Positions 27,901-41,777 of a stretch of 64,000 nt of DNA are shown piece by piece (within the stretch, counting starts at the first letter, position 1; every line of letters starts with the position of its first letter). The notes under the pieces are model-generated. The model saw nothing but the letters and a program-made list of their open reading frames with translations. It was not told where the DNA came from and did no database searches. Where the stretch lies: assembly GCA_012295275.1 (NCBI GenBank), contig CM022679.1, positions 21,204,001 through 21,268,000 on the forward strand, written 5' to 3'. This stretch comes from Chrysomallon squamiferum. Taxonomy: Eukaryota > Animalia > Mollusca. A program made the translations under genes and the position numbers.

Positions 27901-30840
27901 AATAAGTATGTCATTTTTTATTTTTTACAAGTAGAAGGAAGACGAGAATTTTGTTTTTAAACTATTTTTGTGTGGAAATAAAGTGACGTTATTATTAATT
28001 AACAAACCATTTTATACATTTATAAATAATTCTCTTTAATATATATTTATATATTCATTTACATAACTTAGTAGTATATTCCATTACTCAATAACATTTT
28101 TTTTTTTTTAAACTGTTATGCTAAATGCTTTTCTAATACAAGCAGAAGTCCATGCTGCGGAAGTTTTACACATGTGCTGAGAAGTGAAACATTTTACACA
28201 CAGCTTTTAACCAAATGCATGTTTAATGTGGGCATATTATTGTGAAGTATTATTCAAAATGGGATTTTTTATTACTCTAGGGATATAGATCTTTTTAACT
28301 GGCTGTGGGGAACATGAATATTTTATAGTAAAATGTTGTTTTAAAAAGAAATTAGGCACGAGAGTGTATAAATACTGGGGTTATTTTTTTAACAGCTTTA
28401 AAGCAATGATGAATTTAGAAATTAGATGACATATAGAAAAGGAATTGTGAAATGTGTATGAAGATGAATATCTGTTATGTGCAGAACCAGCTGACTAAAA
28501 CATTATAATATAGAAGTGAAATGTATACCTTTGTTAATATTCCATTATTTAGTTTTTAGCAAACAGCTCTCAGTTTCTAAAATTAATCTTTACTAATGTT
28601 CATGTTTTAAACATAGCCTGTAATAGGGTATTTTGATTTGTAAAACAGAATTTGTATTTGTAAAAAGAGTATTTTGATTTATAATACAGTGTTTTTTATT
28701 TGTAATGGGGTGTTTTGATTTGTAATAGGGTATTTTGGTTTATAATAGGTATTTCAATTTGTAATAGGGTATTTTGATTTGTTCAAGAGTATTTTGATTT
28801 ATAATAGGGTATTTCGATTTGTAATAGGGTATTTTGATTTATAATAGGGTATTTCAATTTATAATAGGGTATTTCAATTTGTAATAGGTTGTTTTCATTT
28901 GTTCAAGAGTATTTTGATTTATAATAGGTATTTCAGTTTGTAATAGGGTATTTTGATTTGTTCAAGCGTATTTTGACTTGGGGAAACAGATTGTTATCTT
29001 TTCATTCCTGAATCATTAACAAACATTTCTCTTAACATAGTGTGTATTAGTAGTGATAACAGTACTTTTAAATTGTGAACATTTGTAACAGTAACAGTTC
29101 AAAGCTTTAAGACAAGTTGCTTGGACAGCTTTCTAACCATCAGTTCACCAGGCACTCCTCAGTACACCATTAATCACTAATGTTAACATTTAAACAAACA
29201 CACAAGTGCATTTTAAAAACTAGCTGAAATTTTTTTTTTTAAATGCTTATGTTTTAAAAATAACCCTATCTGTCCATTTTGTCCCTCCTGCCAAAGAAAA
29301 AGCCGTTATCATTTCATTTAAAGGCATAAATATTTTTATTAATCCAGCATATATCACATATATTTTATAATATTTGTCATTAATTTCTTTTTTAAATGAT
29401 TATTTGTGTATCTATATGTTGTTCAACACAAAAGGATTCAAATTTAAATATAGAAATATTTTTTTTTAATATTTACCTAATCAAGTATAGATAATACAAA
29501 CTGAAAAAATACAAGTTTAAATAGATAAAAAAAACTGAAAAAAAAGTGACTTCTACATTTTGTTATTATTTATATTCATTAAGATACATTATTTCATATA
29601 TTATTTACAAAATTAACAATGTTATATTATATTTCAAACTGTTACAAACTGCACTGTTTATTATTATTATTATTATTATTATTCATGAATAAAAGTAAAA
29701 TATACACATCTATTTTTCACTTACTATAATGCTAAATGTCATATTTATTTAATTCAAATACATATTTCCATATTTTTAAAAATTACCATGAAATTAATAC
29801 AAATGATATTAAATGTGTTTCATAATTGAATATTTCAGAGGATGATAGGACAAATGAGGCTCCTAAACATAGCCTGTGCAGCCAAAGCGAGGGTCCGTAC
29901 GATAACCCTCACACGTGCTACCAGAGAGGAAATTCTTCACTTTCAGATTCTTGGAGGTTTGGAGCGTGGCCATGGCATCTTTGTTACCAAAGTGGAAAAG
30001 GGATCAAAAGCATTTGATGCTGGTTTAAAACGTGGGGACCAGGTAAGAGGTTTTTTTTTTGTTAAATACATTCTAACCATAAAGCAAATGAATTTTAATA
30101 TGCAACAAATTAAAAAATAAATAAAAAAATAAAAAATAAAAAACAGTCAAAAAATTTATTTGTAGAATATTCATTTTACATTTGATTAACTTAAATTTTA
30201 GAAATATTTTTAATCTTGTAATTATTTCAGATTTTAGAGGTAAACGGGCACAATTTTCAGCACATTTCACACAACCGGGCCCTGGAGATCCTACGAGGAG
30301 CAACCCATCTCTCCATCATGGTCAAATCTAATCTCCATGGTACGTACTGTCATTTTAAAAAAAAGTGTTTTATCCTGGCAGACAGGTTTAATCAATAACT
30401 TCTATGACCAGTTACATTGTTAGTGTGTTAATAAAAACTATGTCCTTGATCTTGATGAATATTTTTTCACTTGTAATTATGTAAACTAAAGTGTGCATTA
30501 GTAATGTTTTGTTTTTTTATGAATTAGAGTGCAATAATTTTTAATTTATTACTATGAAAACATAATTAAATATTAAAATGTTTTCAGATATTAATGCTAA
30601 AACATTAAAAAAAATAATTTAAAAAAAAATGAAAGAAAGAAAATAAAAATAATATATTTATTTATTTATAAGACAATCTTGGATTAAGATTTGTTTGAGA
30701 ATTTTTTTTTTTTAAATTAATAAATTAATTCATTATTATTATTGTTATTGTTTTTGTTATTATCATCAGCATCATTATTATTAAATAATATTTTTATTAT
30801 TTTATTAATGAATTATTTATTTATTTATGTATTTATGTAT

Positions 30841-30875
<35 letters not shown>

Positions 30876-33800
30876 TATTGTTCTCCATTCAGACTTCAAA
30901 GAAATGCTGCTAACAGCTGAGAAGGGAGCTCCAAGGAAAATGAAATCTCAGGATTTCATTCAGCCACCTCCTCCATTAAAACAGAGGTTGTCTGCCCCTG
31001 ATTTGGATATTCAGATTCCTGTAATACTGAAAGACAAGAAGATAGAAAAGAAGGATAAAGGCTTTACAATGTTTGGAAACAAACCAAGATTGAAAAAAGC
31101 CTTGATGAAAATGAATTTGTTACCAAAAAATTTAAATAGCAGGTATGTAAGTAAAAAAAAAAAAAAAAAAAAAAAAGTATTTTTATTTACACACATACAT
31201 ACATACATACATACATACACACATATACACACACATATTGTCTGTTTTATTTTTGTTTTTAGTTTATTATTATTTTTATTAATATTTTATTGTTATTGTT
31301 ATTAATATTATTATAATAAATTTTTACAGGATAATAGTTCTATTTAGTTAGTTATGGACAGATGTTGATTATTTTGTTTTCTTTTTGCCTTCTTAAATTA
31401 ATACATCTAGTGGAAGTAATATAATGTTAATAATTTATCTGTATTTATAATAAGTGTTATTTTATTTTTGATATTTACCTATTTCAAATGTTTTATTAAC
31501 ATTCATTATGTTATTTTTGTTATTGTTTGAATTATTTATTTATTTTGTATTTTTTACTCAATAAGATATAACTTATAAATAATTACCTGCATCAATGCAC
31601 TCATAAACTCACACTTTCTTTCCACATGTAATCTGTCTTTTTTTAAAATATTTTCATCTATTAAATTACATTTATTTCAGTGATGGCAATAACATGAATC
31701 ATTCAGATGAAAGCTTGTACACGAAGCCGTCGCGCAAATCATCAACATCGTCTACCTCATCATCGAATGCGGGATTGTCAAATCATCTGAGTGCTAGTAA
31801 CCCTGATCTCTCCAGCCTCGCCGTGCTGTCGGTGAACGACGTTGCCAACGATCTGCCAGACCACGTCATCAAAGTGTACAAAGCTGACCAGTCTTTCAAA
31901 TACCTTCCTATTCACAAGGTCAGTTGTCGTTTTTCAGTCTTTGTTGATTTTTGTGAAGGATTATTATTTAAAAAAAAAATTGTTAAGATAAATTTGTTTG
32001 ATATATATTTTTTTATAATGTGTAGTCATTATTATCATCATCATCATCATCATCATCATTATTAATTATTTTTAACATTATTCAGGAAACTACTGCCAAA
32101 GAAGTTGTAATGCTGGCTCTACAGGAATTTGGAATAACAGATCCTAGCTGGTAATTAAATATTTTAGTTTTATCTCTGTAGTATTATTTTTTAAATTTTT
32201 TTATATAGTTCAGATTTTAGGATATTAATAAAGTTTAAATTAAAATTAATTTTTTATCTTCCTGCTTCTGAATTATTAACTTTAAAGAACACATTCATTT
32301 CCATATTCTTACCAAAGTAATATTGATTTTTATATCAATTAATTGCTCAGAAGCTGTTTATATATATATTTAATTACTTATGGTACCAAAAAAATTATTA
32401 ATTACCAATTTTTTTTTATATCTAATATTACAGAAATTACTTGCTGGATATTAATTGTTATTACTAATTATTATTTATTATAGTAACTGCACAATTTTTT
32501 ATTAATCATTTATGGTATAATTATCATTGTTAATTTGTTATTAAACTATAAAATTATTCATTGGATTTTAAATTATTAATTACTTAATGAACATTATAAT
32601 TTATTTGTTAACTGAAATGTTATAAATAAATATTATTTATTGCATTACAGTAATTACTCAGTTGATATTATTAATAATTACTTAATATTGTAATTTATTA
32701 ATCAGATTTTATATTATTTAAGTAATTATATTATTTATTTTGATACTAATTGTTATTATTCACTAATATTGATATTTACTTTGTAAAAACAATTTCTGAA
32801 TGCATATCGATTATTAATTAATATTATAGTTTATTAGTGAGAAGTTTTGTTATTAAATTATAATTATAATTTGTTAGTTTAAATATAATACTCTTTGTTA
32901 CACTCACTGGCTATTACTTATTAATTAGTTAATTGTAATATTACTGTTAATTACTGATTTAACTGTGATGTTGTTTTTACAGTAACTACTCGCTCTGTGA
33001 GGTGACTGTTCAGAACGAGAAGGTTATCAAACAGAAGAGACTTCCTGACCAGCTACAGAATCTGCAGGAGCGTCTGGCTATAAATGGCCGGTATGTAACC
33101 TAACAGTGTTGAGTTTGATCTGTCTCTTTGTCTCAGTCTCTGTCAACTTCAAATCAGCAAACTTAGAAACTGATACAATCTGAGAATTCAAGCAGTCTTA
33201 AATTTTGACTACAAGAAACATTTTTTAGAAACTTGATTAAGATACGAAACTTCAGCCAATTTTGAAATTTTGACTACAATGAAAATTTTAGAAACTTTAG
33301 TTATATATATATATATATATATATATAAAACCCATTCTTTATTTCCAAATGTGTATTTTGAAATAATAGAACAAATTTATCTATTTTCAAACCCGTGTTT
33401 TTTAAAGTGGTGAAAAAAAAAAATTTACAATTAATAAATTTAAGATAAATAAAATTCACCATTATTCCTGCAGAAATAATTAGCATATATTAACATTTTT
33501 AATCTCAGTATCAGTTTCTCAGTTTGATGATTTGTTTTTTTAAATGTAATCAGGTAGTTGTGTTATGCTGTGTACTGAAAATGTCTAAATGTAGATGACT
33601 TATTATATTGTGTGTATATATATTAAACAGTATATATTTATATATATTAAAAACAAATATTTCTAAATATCTATATTTATTTAGTAAAATGTGTATTCTT
33701 TACTTACTAGCCTGTTGTGCATTCATGTTTGCAAGTAGATTATAATTTGGTGTTTCTAATAATTTTTATTTCCATAAAGAACAAATGAAAGAAGAACATT

Positions 33801-34857
33801 AATTTTCAACTAAATTAGAAATTGTTATTTTTTAAGATTAACAAAAAATAAATTATTTAATTTTACACAGCACAAAAAAAATAAAAAAAGTAAATAAATA
33901 AATAAATAAAAAGAAAAAAGAAGATATTATATTTTGTAAATCCCACAATTATTAATTACTTGGGATTTTTTGTTTTTCTCTTGGATTTAAAAAATAATAA
34001 TAATAATGTCAGGTTTAAAATGCACTTAATTTGACTAAAAATAAAAATAAAAATTTTAATATGATAAAACTGTTGTGATATTTTAATACTGAATACACGT
34101 GTGCTTGTGGTTCTTTTTTTCTCAGAGCACTGAAAACTTGCACACCATCAGATTTCAAAATACAAGTAAAATAAATTATAAAAAATTTTAAATACAAAAT
34201 AATTTTAAGATAGTCCACAAAAATCAAAACAAAAATCTCCAAAATTCAAAGATTTCATTCACTGAGATAAAAATTTAAAAAATTAAACCTTAGTAACAAA
34301 ATAAAATAATATAAAATGAAATAAAAAACAAATAAATAAATAAATAAAGACAAAAGATGAAACTAGTTGTAAAGCCCAGTATATATATAACATTTTGCAG
34401 CAAACATGAATCATCAAATCTGTCTTTTGTTTTTACTTTTTTTTATTTTTACTTTTTTTTATTTTTACTTTTTTTTATTTTTATTATGTTCTTAATTCTA
34501 AATTCAAATTTTAAAATTGTTTTTTTCTTAATTGTAATTTTAATTGTTAATAGTTCTGTGTAATTTTGAATAATCTGACAAAGTTGCTTTTGTCTGCATT
34601 GTTGTTTATGAGAACACAGTTCTACTTTTTCACACTGTTACTGAATTATCTGTACATGTTTTATGTTATTATTTCTCTTTTTAAATGTTTCATTGAACAC
34701 AGAATTGTGTTTTCTGGTCAGTCAGGCATCTTAGTAGGATGTTGTATTAAGGTTTACCAAGGCCTCAAAACTTTTCAATCTTAAATTTTTTTTAAATGTT
34801 TTAGTGAAATTACCAACAGAAATAGTACATGTAGGTATTTAAAATTTGAAAATTTGA

Positions 34858-34898
<41 letters not shown>

Positions 34899-36560
34899 TT
34901 AATTTCACTGTTTAAATTATTTCCATGAAAAAAAAAAAAAAAAATATATATTAATTTAACATTTCAGAATTATATAAATGGAAATAACTGTCAACAAATT
35001 TCTTTTTAAAAATTCAGCAGTGAAAACATAATTTTGTTGTTTTATTTTTAAATTATCAATTTAGTTTGATTTCAATACTGTCTTACAAAAAGCTTAAAAA
35101 TAAACCTTTAACATTGAAAACCGGACTTGGTAAGCCTTAAAAATATAATATCTGGTTTTGCTATTTAGTAAAAGAAAATGAAGTCAGGAATAATAAATAA
35201 TGTTTGAAAACTTAAAAAGAATTTTGCAGATGTATTACTTTGCCCAAAAGCCCCGAGCAGACAGCCCAACAAGATGAATTCTTTTCAATCACGGATCCAA
35301 AGATTTCAAACATTGAGATCATCACTAGTAAAGCTTTCAAAAAAAAAAAAAAATTAATAAATTAATAATAACAATTAAATTTAAAAAATAAGCATGCACT
35401 CAATGGCCCCATTGTTTTGCCGCTTTGACCCTGCAGGGTACTGTGTGCGCATGGGCTTTTTCATTTACATCATCACATTTTTAAAAACCCATAAAATTTA
35501 ATATTTTATTATTTAAATATATACATTTTTTTTTTTTTTTCATTCCTTCCTATTTAACCCCTCACTTTTGTTGCCATGGATACTTACAAATAGGGAGATG
35601 GTTTTTCTTTTCACGGGCCAAGACCTGACTAACCTTGGAAAGTTTTTTTTTTCTTCATATTTTTTTTTTTTTTTTTCCTTTCTTATGTGTGTTGTGAGGT
35701 GGTTTTACTTAATTTCTGTTTTATTTGCCTTAATTTCTGTTAAACTTACTTATCTCATTGTTTTATTGTTTTAAAACATGTTTGTAGAGTTTTCTGTTTA
35801 TATAGCTGCAGTGATGCATTGGGGGAAATTGATTTTTCAAACTTTATAACATATTCATCGGAGTGGGAAATTAAAAATTTAAATAAATGGATTGTAATGG
35901 AGAATTCTGTTTCACTGCAGTTGCTGTAATAAAAAAGTCTCATTTTGGTTTATTTATATTGATTCAAGTATGTGTATTCTGTCAGGTTCCATAAAGCTAA
36001 AATAAAAATGTGTTTTTTAGTACAAACTGAAATGCACATACTTGTTTAAATAATGAAAGTGATTTCCTAAACTGCTCAAGAAAGAAGTATTAGATTAAAA
36101 TCCTAGGCATTTCAACATAAAATAAACTGTTTTAAATTTAGTAATCGATAACTGTTGCATGGTAGAAATATTTTAAATTTTATCTCGACATTACTATTTA
36201 ATTGTGTGTGTTTTGTTTTATTAATTGTGTGTGGTTTTGCAAAGAGCATGAGCATTTTCAAGCTGTGTTGAAATTTGAAGTTTCTTTGTGTTCACCAATA
36301 ACATTCTAACTCAGCATGGAGAAACATAAATACAGTTTGTCATGAAATATTCTTTCTTGAAGCTTTAAGAAATACACAGTTGTATTAAATGCATGAGAAA
36401 ACTTGGCTGGAATTGTAAACACTATTTCATGTTCCTAAATAAGAAATTAAATAGAGAATTTTACGTTAAATAAAACACACAACTACATACAAATAATACC
36501 TAGCTGTATATATCCATACATTTCAATCCTTCCTCCCACCTGTCTCTCTTTCTTTCTCTA

Positions 36561-36619
<59 letters not shown>

Positions 36620-39600
36620 ATCAGACACATACATTATATCCTGCATCTGATTCACATAAAAACACACAATATTATCAATCAAATCATTGCTGTTGATAAA
36701 TTAACTGATATAATTAAAACAATTTAGTTTACCTCCAGCCAAGTTATAAACTTATTTAAACTCTTTTTTTTCCTTGTTTCAGTTTATTATTTGTTGTTCT
36801 GGAATGACTAATTCTCCTTTCATTTTAAAAACATGCATGATCCGTGTGATCTCCATTCCTCAGAATGTTTTTTTTTTTTTTTTTTTTTTATTATTTCTTT
36901 ATGTTTTAGCTTCAGTTTTCATTGTTGTCTTGCATGCTACATCCACAGCTATGGAGAAATTAGACTGCACCACAAAAATATTGGAAATGAAAGAAGAATT
37001 GTTTTTTAAATAAACTTTTTATTATTATTTTATCTTTTTAAATTCATTCTTAAGTTGAAATTTGTTAACTTTTTAAAGACTCCTTTATTTTATTATTATT
37101 ATTTTTTTTAATTTTATTTACAGATATAAGATAATAGAAATTAATAAATACATACTTGTAATTTAAGCACTTAGTTAACTTAACAAATTCAGTTAGATCA
37201 TAAACATTAATGGTAATGATGCTAAAGCAAAGCACAGTTAAATGAAACTATATATTTTAGTTACATTAGATATTAGTACCTAACTTACTTTAGATTCACT
37301 GGTAGGCACAATTCTAATTTCTCTGTGGGACAAGTTTCAGAATGTACGTTGTGTAATTCATATTAACAGAAAATATTTAAAATTTTCAATTTTCAGTTCA
37401 GTTGTATATGCCATGTCTAATATACAGAATTTTCATTCAGTTGTTAGGAACTGTAAACTTCTTTTCAAAATTTGTAAAAATTATATTATTCTTAAAACAG
37501 CTGCATAAAATACTATGGCTGTTTCTTTTGTGTCCTTTTGATTGACTGAAGCCTTTTAATATTTAAGATATTATTTATTGATATATATAAATTCTGTCAA
37601 GACAGATATCGTGTGTATTTATCCTTATATTTATAATTAAATAAATAATAATAATTTTAGCATAAATAATATTAGTGATAGAAAAATGATTAAGGAAAAA
37701 TTATACTGTTAACTGATTACACATGTACATTCTGAGCTTAATATTAATCATTATTCATCATCCATCCGCATGAAATAGCATGCAGATCAGATTAAAAATA
37801 ATAATAATAATAAAATAAAAGACATATTTTATTGTCTAACAATTTTTTTATAATGAATTTGAATTGAAATTTTGGTTGTTAAATCTGATCTGCATGCTGT
37901 ATTATTAAAGATTTTGGGAACAATACATTTTAGAAATTAAAAATTAATTCATTAACAAATATTTAAAAAAATAAAATAAAATAAAGAAATAATAAAAAAA
38001 AAAAATGTCCAACAATAATAATTATAATAATAACATAAATAATAACATGAACTTTCTGAAATGAGTTTCCCAAATTCTGTAGCAAACACACATACACATA
38101 CCTCATCAGTTATCCAAGCATAATGTGTGCGACACACAAAACAATCCCCTTGTAAAATGTTAGAAACTGGGACACCAGTCGGTCAGCTCGGGGCTAACAA
38201 TGTGTTAATTCTCCACTTGACTCAGGCGATCTTGTCCTCGTGTGCTCAGGTATTACCTCAAGAATAACCTGACTACGGACACCCTCGTTCCCGACGAGCT
38301 GATGGGAGAGCTGCTGAAGGAGAGCCAGATCAGCTTACTGCAGCTCAATTCAGGCGAGGTGGCATCCCAGCTCACCTTGGAGGACTTCAAGGCGTTTCGA
38401 GAGATGGAGCCCACGGAATACATCGACGATCTCTTTAAAATTGACTCCAAGTTTGGATGTCCTAATCAGAAGAAGTTTGCTGAGGTGAGGGAATGTTTTT
38501 CTTTCATTAATTTTATTTTATTTTATTCTGTTGTACTCTATTCTATTCTATTCTATTTATTTATATATTTATTTTATTTATTTATTTATTATGAAATTTT
38601 ATTTCATTAATATTATTTTTGATGATTTTAATTTAAAATGTTGGTAATATGTAGTTTGATTTTAATGTTCATAAACAAACGGAGTAGGCCAAACCACTAT
38701 AACTGAGCAGTTACATCACTTTGGTTTGATTTTAATTATGCTGACTTTTAATCAAAGCTTTTGTTACTATTGTGAATTTTGAATTTTGAATTTCTTTACA
38801 TAGAAGAAAGTTAATTCTGTCATTTAAAGATGTGATAAGTGTCAAAATCTGATCTGAATTACAGTGATTACATTTTTAAATATATATAAAAAAATAAATA
38901 AATATATAAATAAATAAATAAAAAGTGAACTGAATTTGGTAATAAGTTCTGTAAAATATACTTATTACCAAAAAAAAATAACAAACAAAAGTACAAATAA
39001 ATATGTCTGGGTTTTTTTTTCTAAATTATAATTTTAATTTCTTATTATTGTTGTTTTTCAAGTATTGGTTTTAATTGTTGGATTTTTTGTTGTAGCTGGT
39101 CAACCGAGAGATGTTCTGGGTAGTGACAGAGATTTGTTCAGAAACCAGTCTAGTCAAACGTGCAAAACTCCTCAAACATTTCATTAAAATAGCAAGTAAG
39201 TAAAACCAGCTCACACATCTAAAACTAATTTCAGCATATATATATATATATATGGATGTATGTTTCTAAAACGTAAATAAATATTTTGTCATTTTATTAT
39301 ATTTTATTTTATTTTAACTAATTTATTTATTTATTTATTTATTTATTATAAAATTTTATTCCATTAATATTATTTTTAAAGGTTTTAATTTAAAAGGTTG
39401 GTAATTGTTTAACTGTTTTATTCCACAGAACACTGTAAGGACTGTAAGAACTTCAATTCACTGTTTGCTATTCTCAGTGGTCTTGGACATCAGTCAGTGA
39501 CCAGGCTACACAACACATGGGACAAACTGCCCAGCAAATATCTCAAAATGTTTCAGGTAGTCAGTCACCTTCTCTCATTCACTTATTTTAACTTAGTTTT

Positions 39601-41730
39601 TCACTTACTCCTTTGACTAATCATTAATTTACTCCTGACTCAAGTGTTTGAGTTACTCTTGATTCATTTACTGTGAAGTAATTTGATTTGTTCTGTTTGA
39701 ATCAATTGATTCATTTACTGTGAAGTAATTTGATTTGTTCTGTTTGAATCAATTGATTCATTTACTGTGAAGTAATTTGATTTGTTCTGTTTGAATCAAC
39801 TGATTCATTTACTGTGAAGTAATTTGATTTGTTCTGTTTGAATCAATTGATTCATTTACTATGAAGTAATTTGATTTATTATCTTTTATAGTTTTTGGCA
39901 GTTGACAGGTTAATTTTATTACAAGAAGACAAACACATTTCATTAACTGAGTTTCTGAAATTATTTTTTATATTATTTTATTTTATTACATTCACTGAAA
40001 CAAACTTGTTATTGTTTTATTAATTTTATTTTCTCTTTGTTTTTACTGAAATAGTGATAAGCAATAACAGATGTAATTACTTTTGTTTTTTCTTTTAAAT
40101 CATTATTTTAGTTCTGTTTTTCACCATTAATTTTTGAATGACATTATTATTATTTTTATATATTTAATTTTTTTAAAAGAAAAATCTTAAAAAAATATCC
40201 TTACTTACTATATTTGTTTATAATATTACTGATATAATAATATTTTATATTTTTACTTTTTAAAACAGGATCTTCACAATATTATTACACAAAATATTAG
40301 ATATAATATTTTACATTTTTTTCCAGGCTCTTCAGAGTTTGATGTTTATTTGTATTTCAAACAGTATTACTGATAAAATGTTTAATATTTTTCAGATTTT
40401 TTCAGGATAATAATATTTTACATTTTTAGTTTTTAAAACAGGTTCTTCAAAGTTTGATCTTTTTTTTTTTTTTTTTTTAATGTACATAATATTGCAGATA
40501 TAATAATGTTTTTTAATTTTTACTTTTTTCATAACAGGATCTTCAGAGTTTGATGGATCCATCAAGAAACATGGCAAAATATCGCAGCCTTATTAACAGT
40601 GAACACACACAACCTCCCATGGTGTGTCATAAGTTTATTTATTTCCTGTGATAAATCCTATTTTCTTGTTAATCATTTATTAATTACTGAAGTGTACAAT
40701 ATGAATATTAAAATTTAATAGTAATCAAATAGCTTATTTTATTTCAAAAATATGATTTATTGGTTTCTGTTTATTATTGAATATATGCTGTAGAATGAAT
40801 CATTGCAGTGATGACAAAATAAATTAAAAGTGATATATTGGATGTATGGATAGATGGACAGATAACCAGATAGATATATTTTAAACTGGATGTAGTTGAT
40901 AGAAAGAAAATTGGTTTGGAAAACTAAACATTTTGTTTTGTATCTCCAGTAGCAATGCAGAATAATTTTCCTATTACCCCAATTTTTTTTTTTATAATTA
41001 ATAGATTTATTTTAAATCGTTTTTCTAACAAACACAACATTAACAAAAATTGGACTGCCTCAGAAAATCGTTCATAATGGGAGTTAATTTCTATTTCTGT
41101 TTCTCTCAGCTTCCATTTTTCCCACTGGTCAAAAAGGATTTAACATTCATTCACCTTGGTAATGATTCCATTGTCGATGGACTGATTAATTTTGAAAAGC
41201 TCCGAATGATTGCCAAAGAAATCCGACATGTGTGCAACATGTGTTCTGCTCGTTACGTAAGTAAATTTATCAGTTTTTAATCTCCTATCAGTCGGTTAAT
41301 GTAGAAAGTTGTTAGTGTAGCCCAATTTACCATTACTTTGTGTTTTGTTACTGTTAAATTTTGTTGTATATGTTCTGTGGGTGCTTTGAAAGTAAATTGA
41401 AAATGTTTTAAGAATTATTATTTCTGTTTCAGTCCAGGGATATAGATAGATAACTGTACAAACTGATTGAAATTTACTGTATTTTTAAATCTTTTTTTGT
41501 TTTTTTGTTACTGATATATTTAGCTGAGTTTGTAATAAAATGAATTGAGAACTAAAACACGGTAATAAAATGACTTGTATTACTTTAGATTTATTGTTAA
41601 AAACTTGAATAGTTTAAAAATAACTTATTCTACATATAGTGATAAAAACTTAAACACAGTTTTAACATGACTTACTTTACTGTAGATATGTGGTTAAAAA
41701 CAGTTTTAAAACAACTTACTTCACTATATA

Positions 41731-41777
<47 letters not shown>

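Noticed and set aside
35811-35911. C/D box snoRNA inside the 12-bp stem
   Set aside because: The box C candidate is GTGATGC and the box D candidate is CTGT; neither is canonical.
23554-38450. Minus-strand and shifted-frame ORFs over exons (23554-23760, 25515-25754, 30073-30303, 38253-38450)
   Set aside because: They are shadows of real + strand exons.
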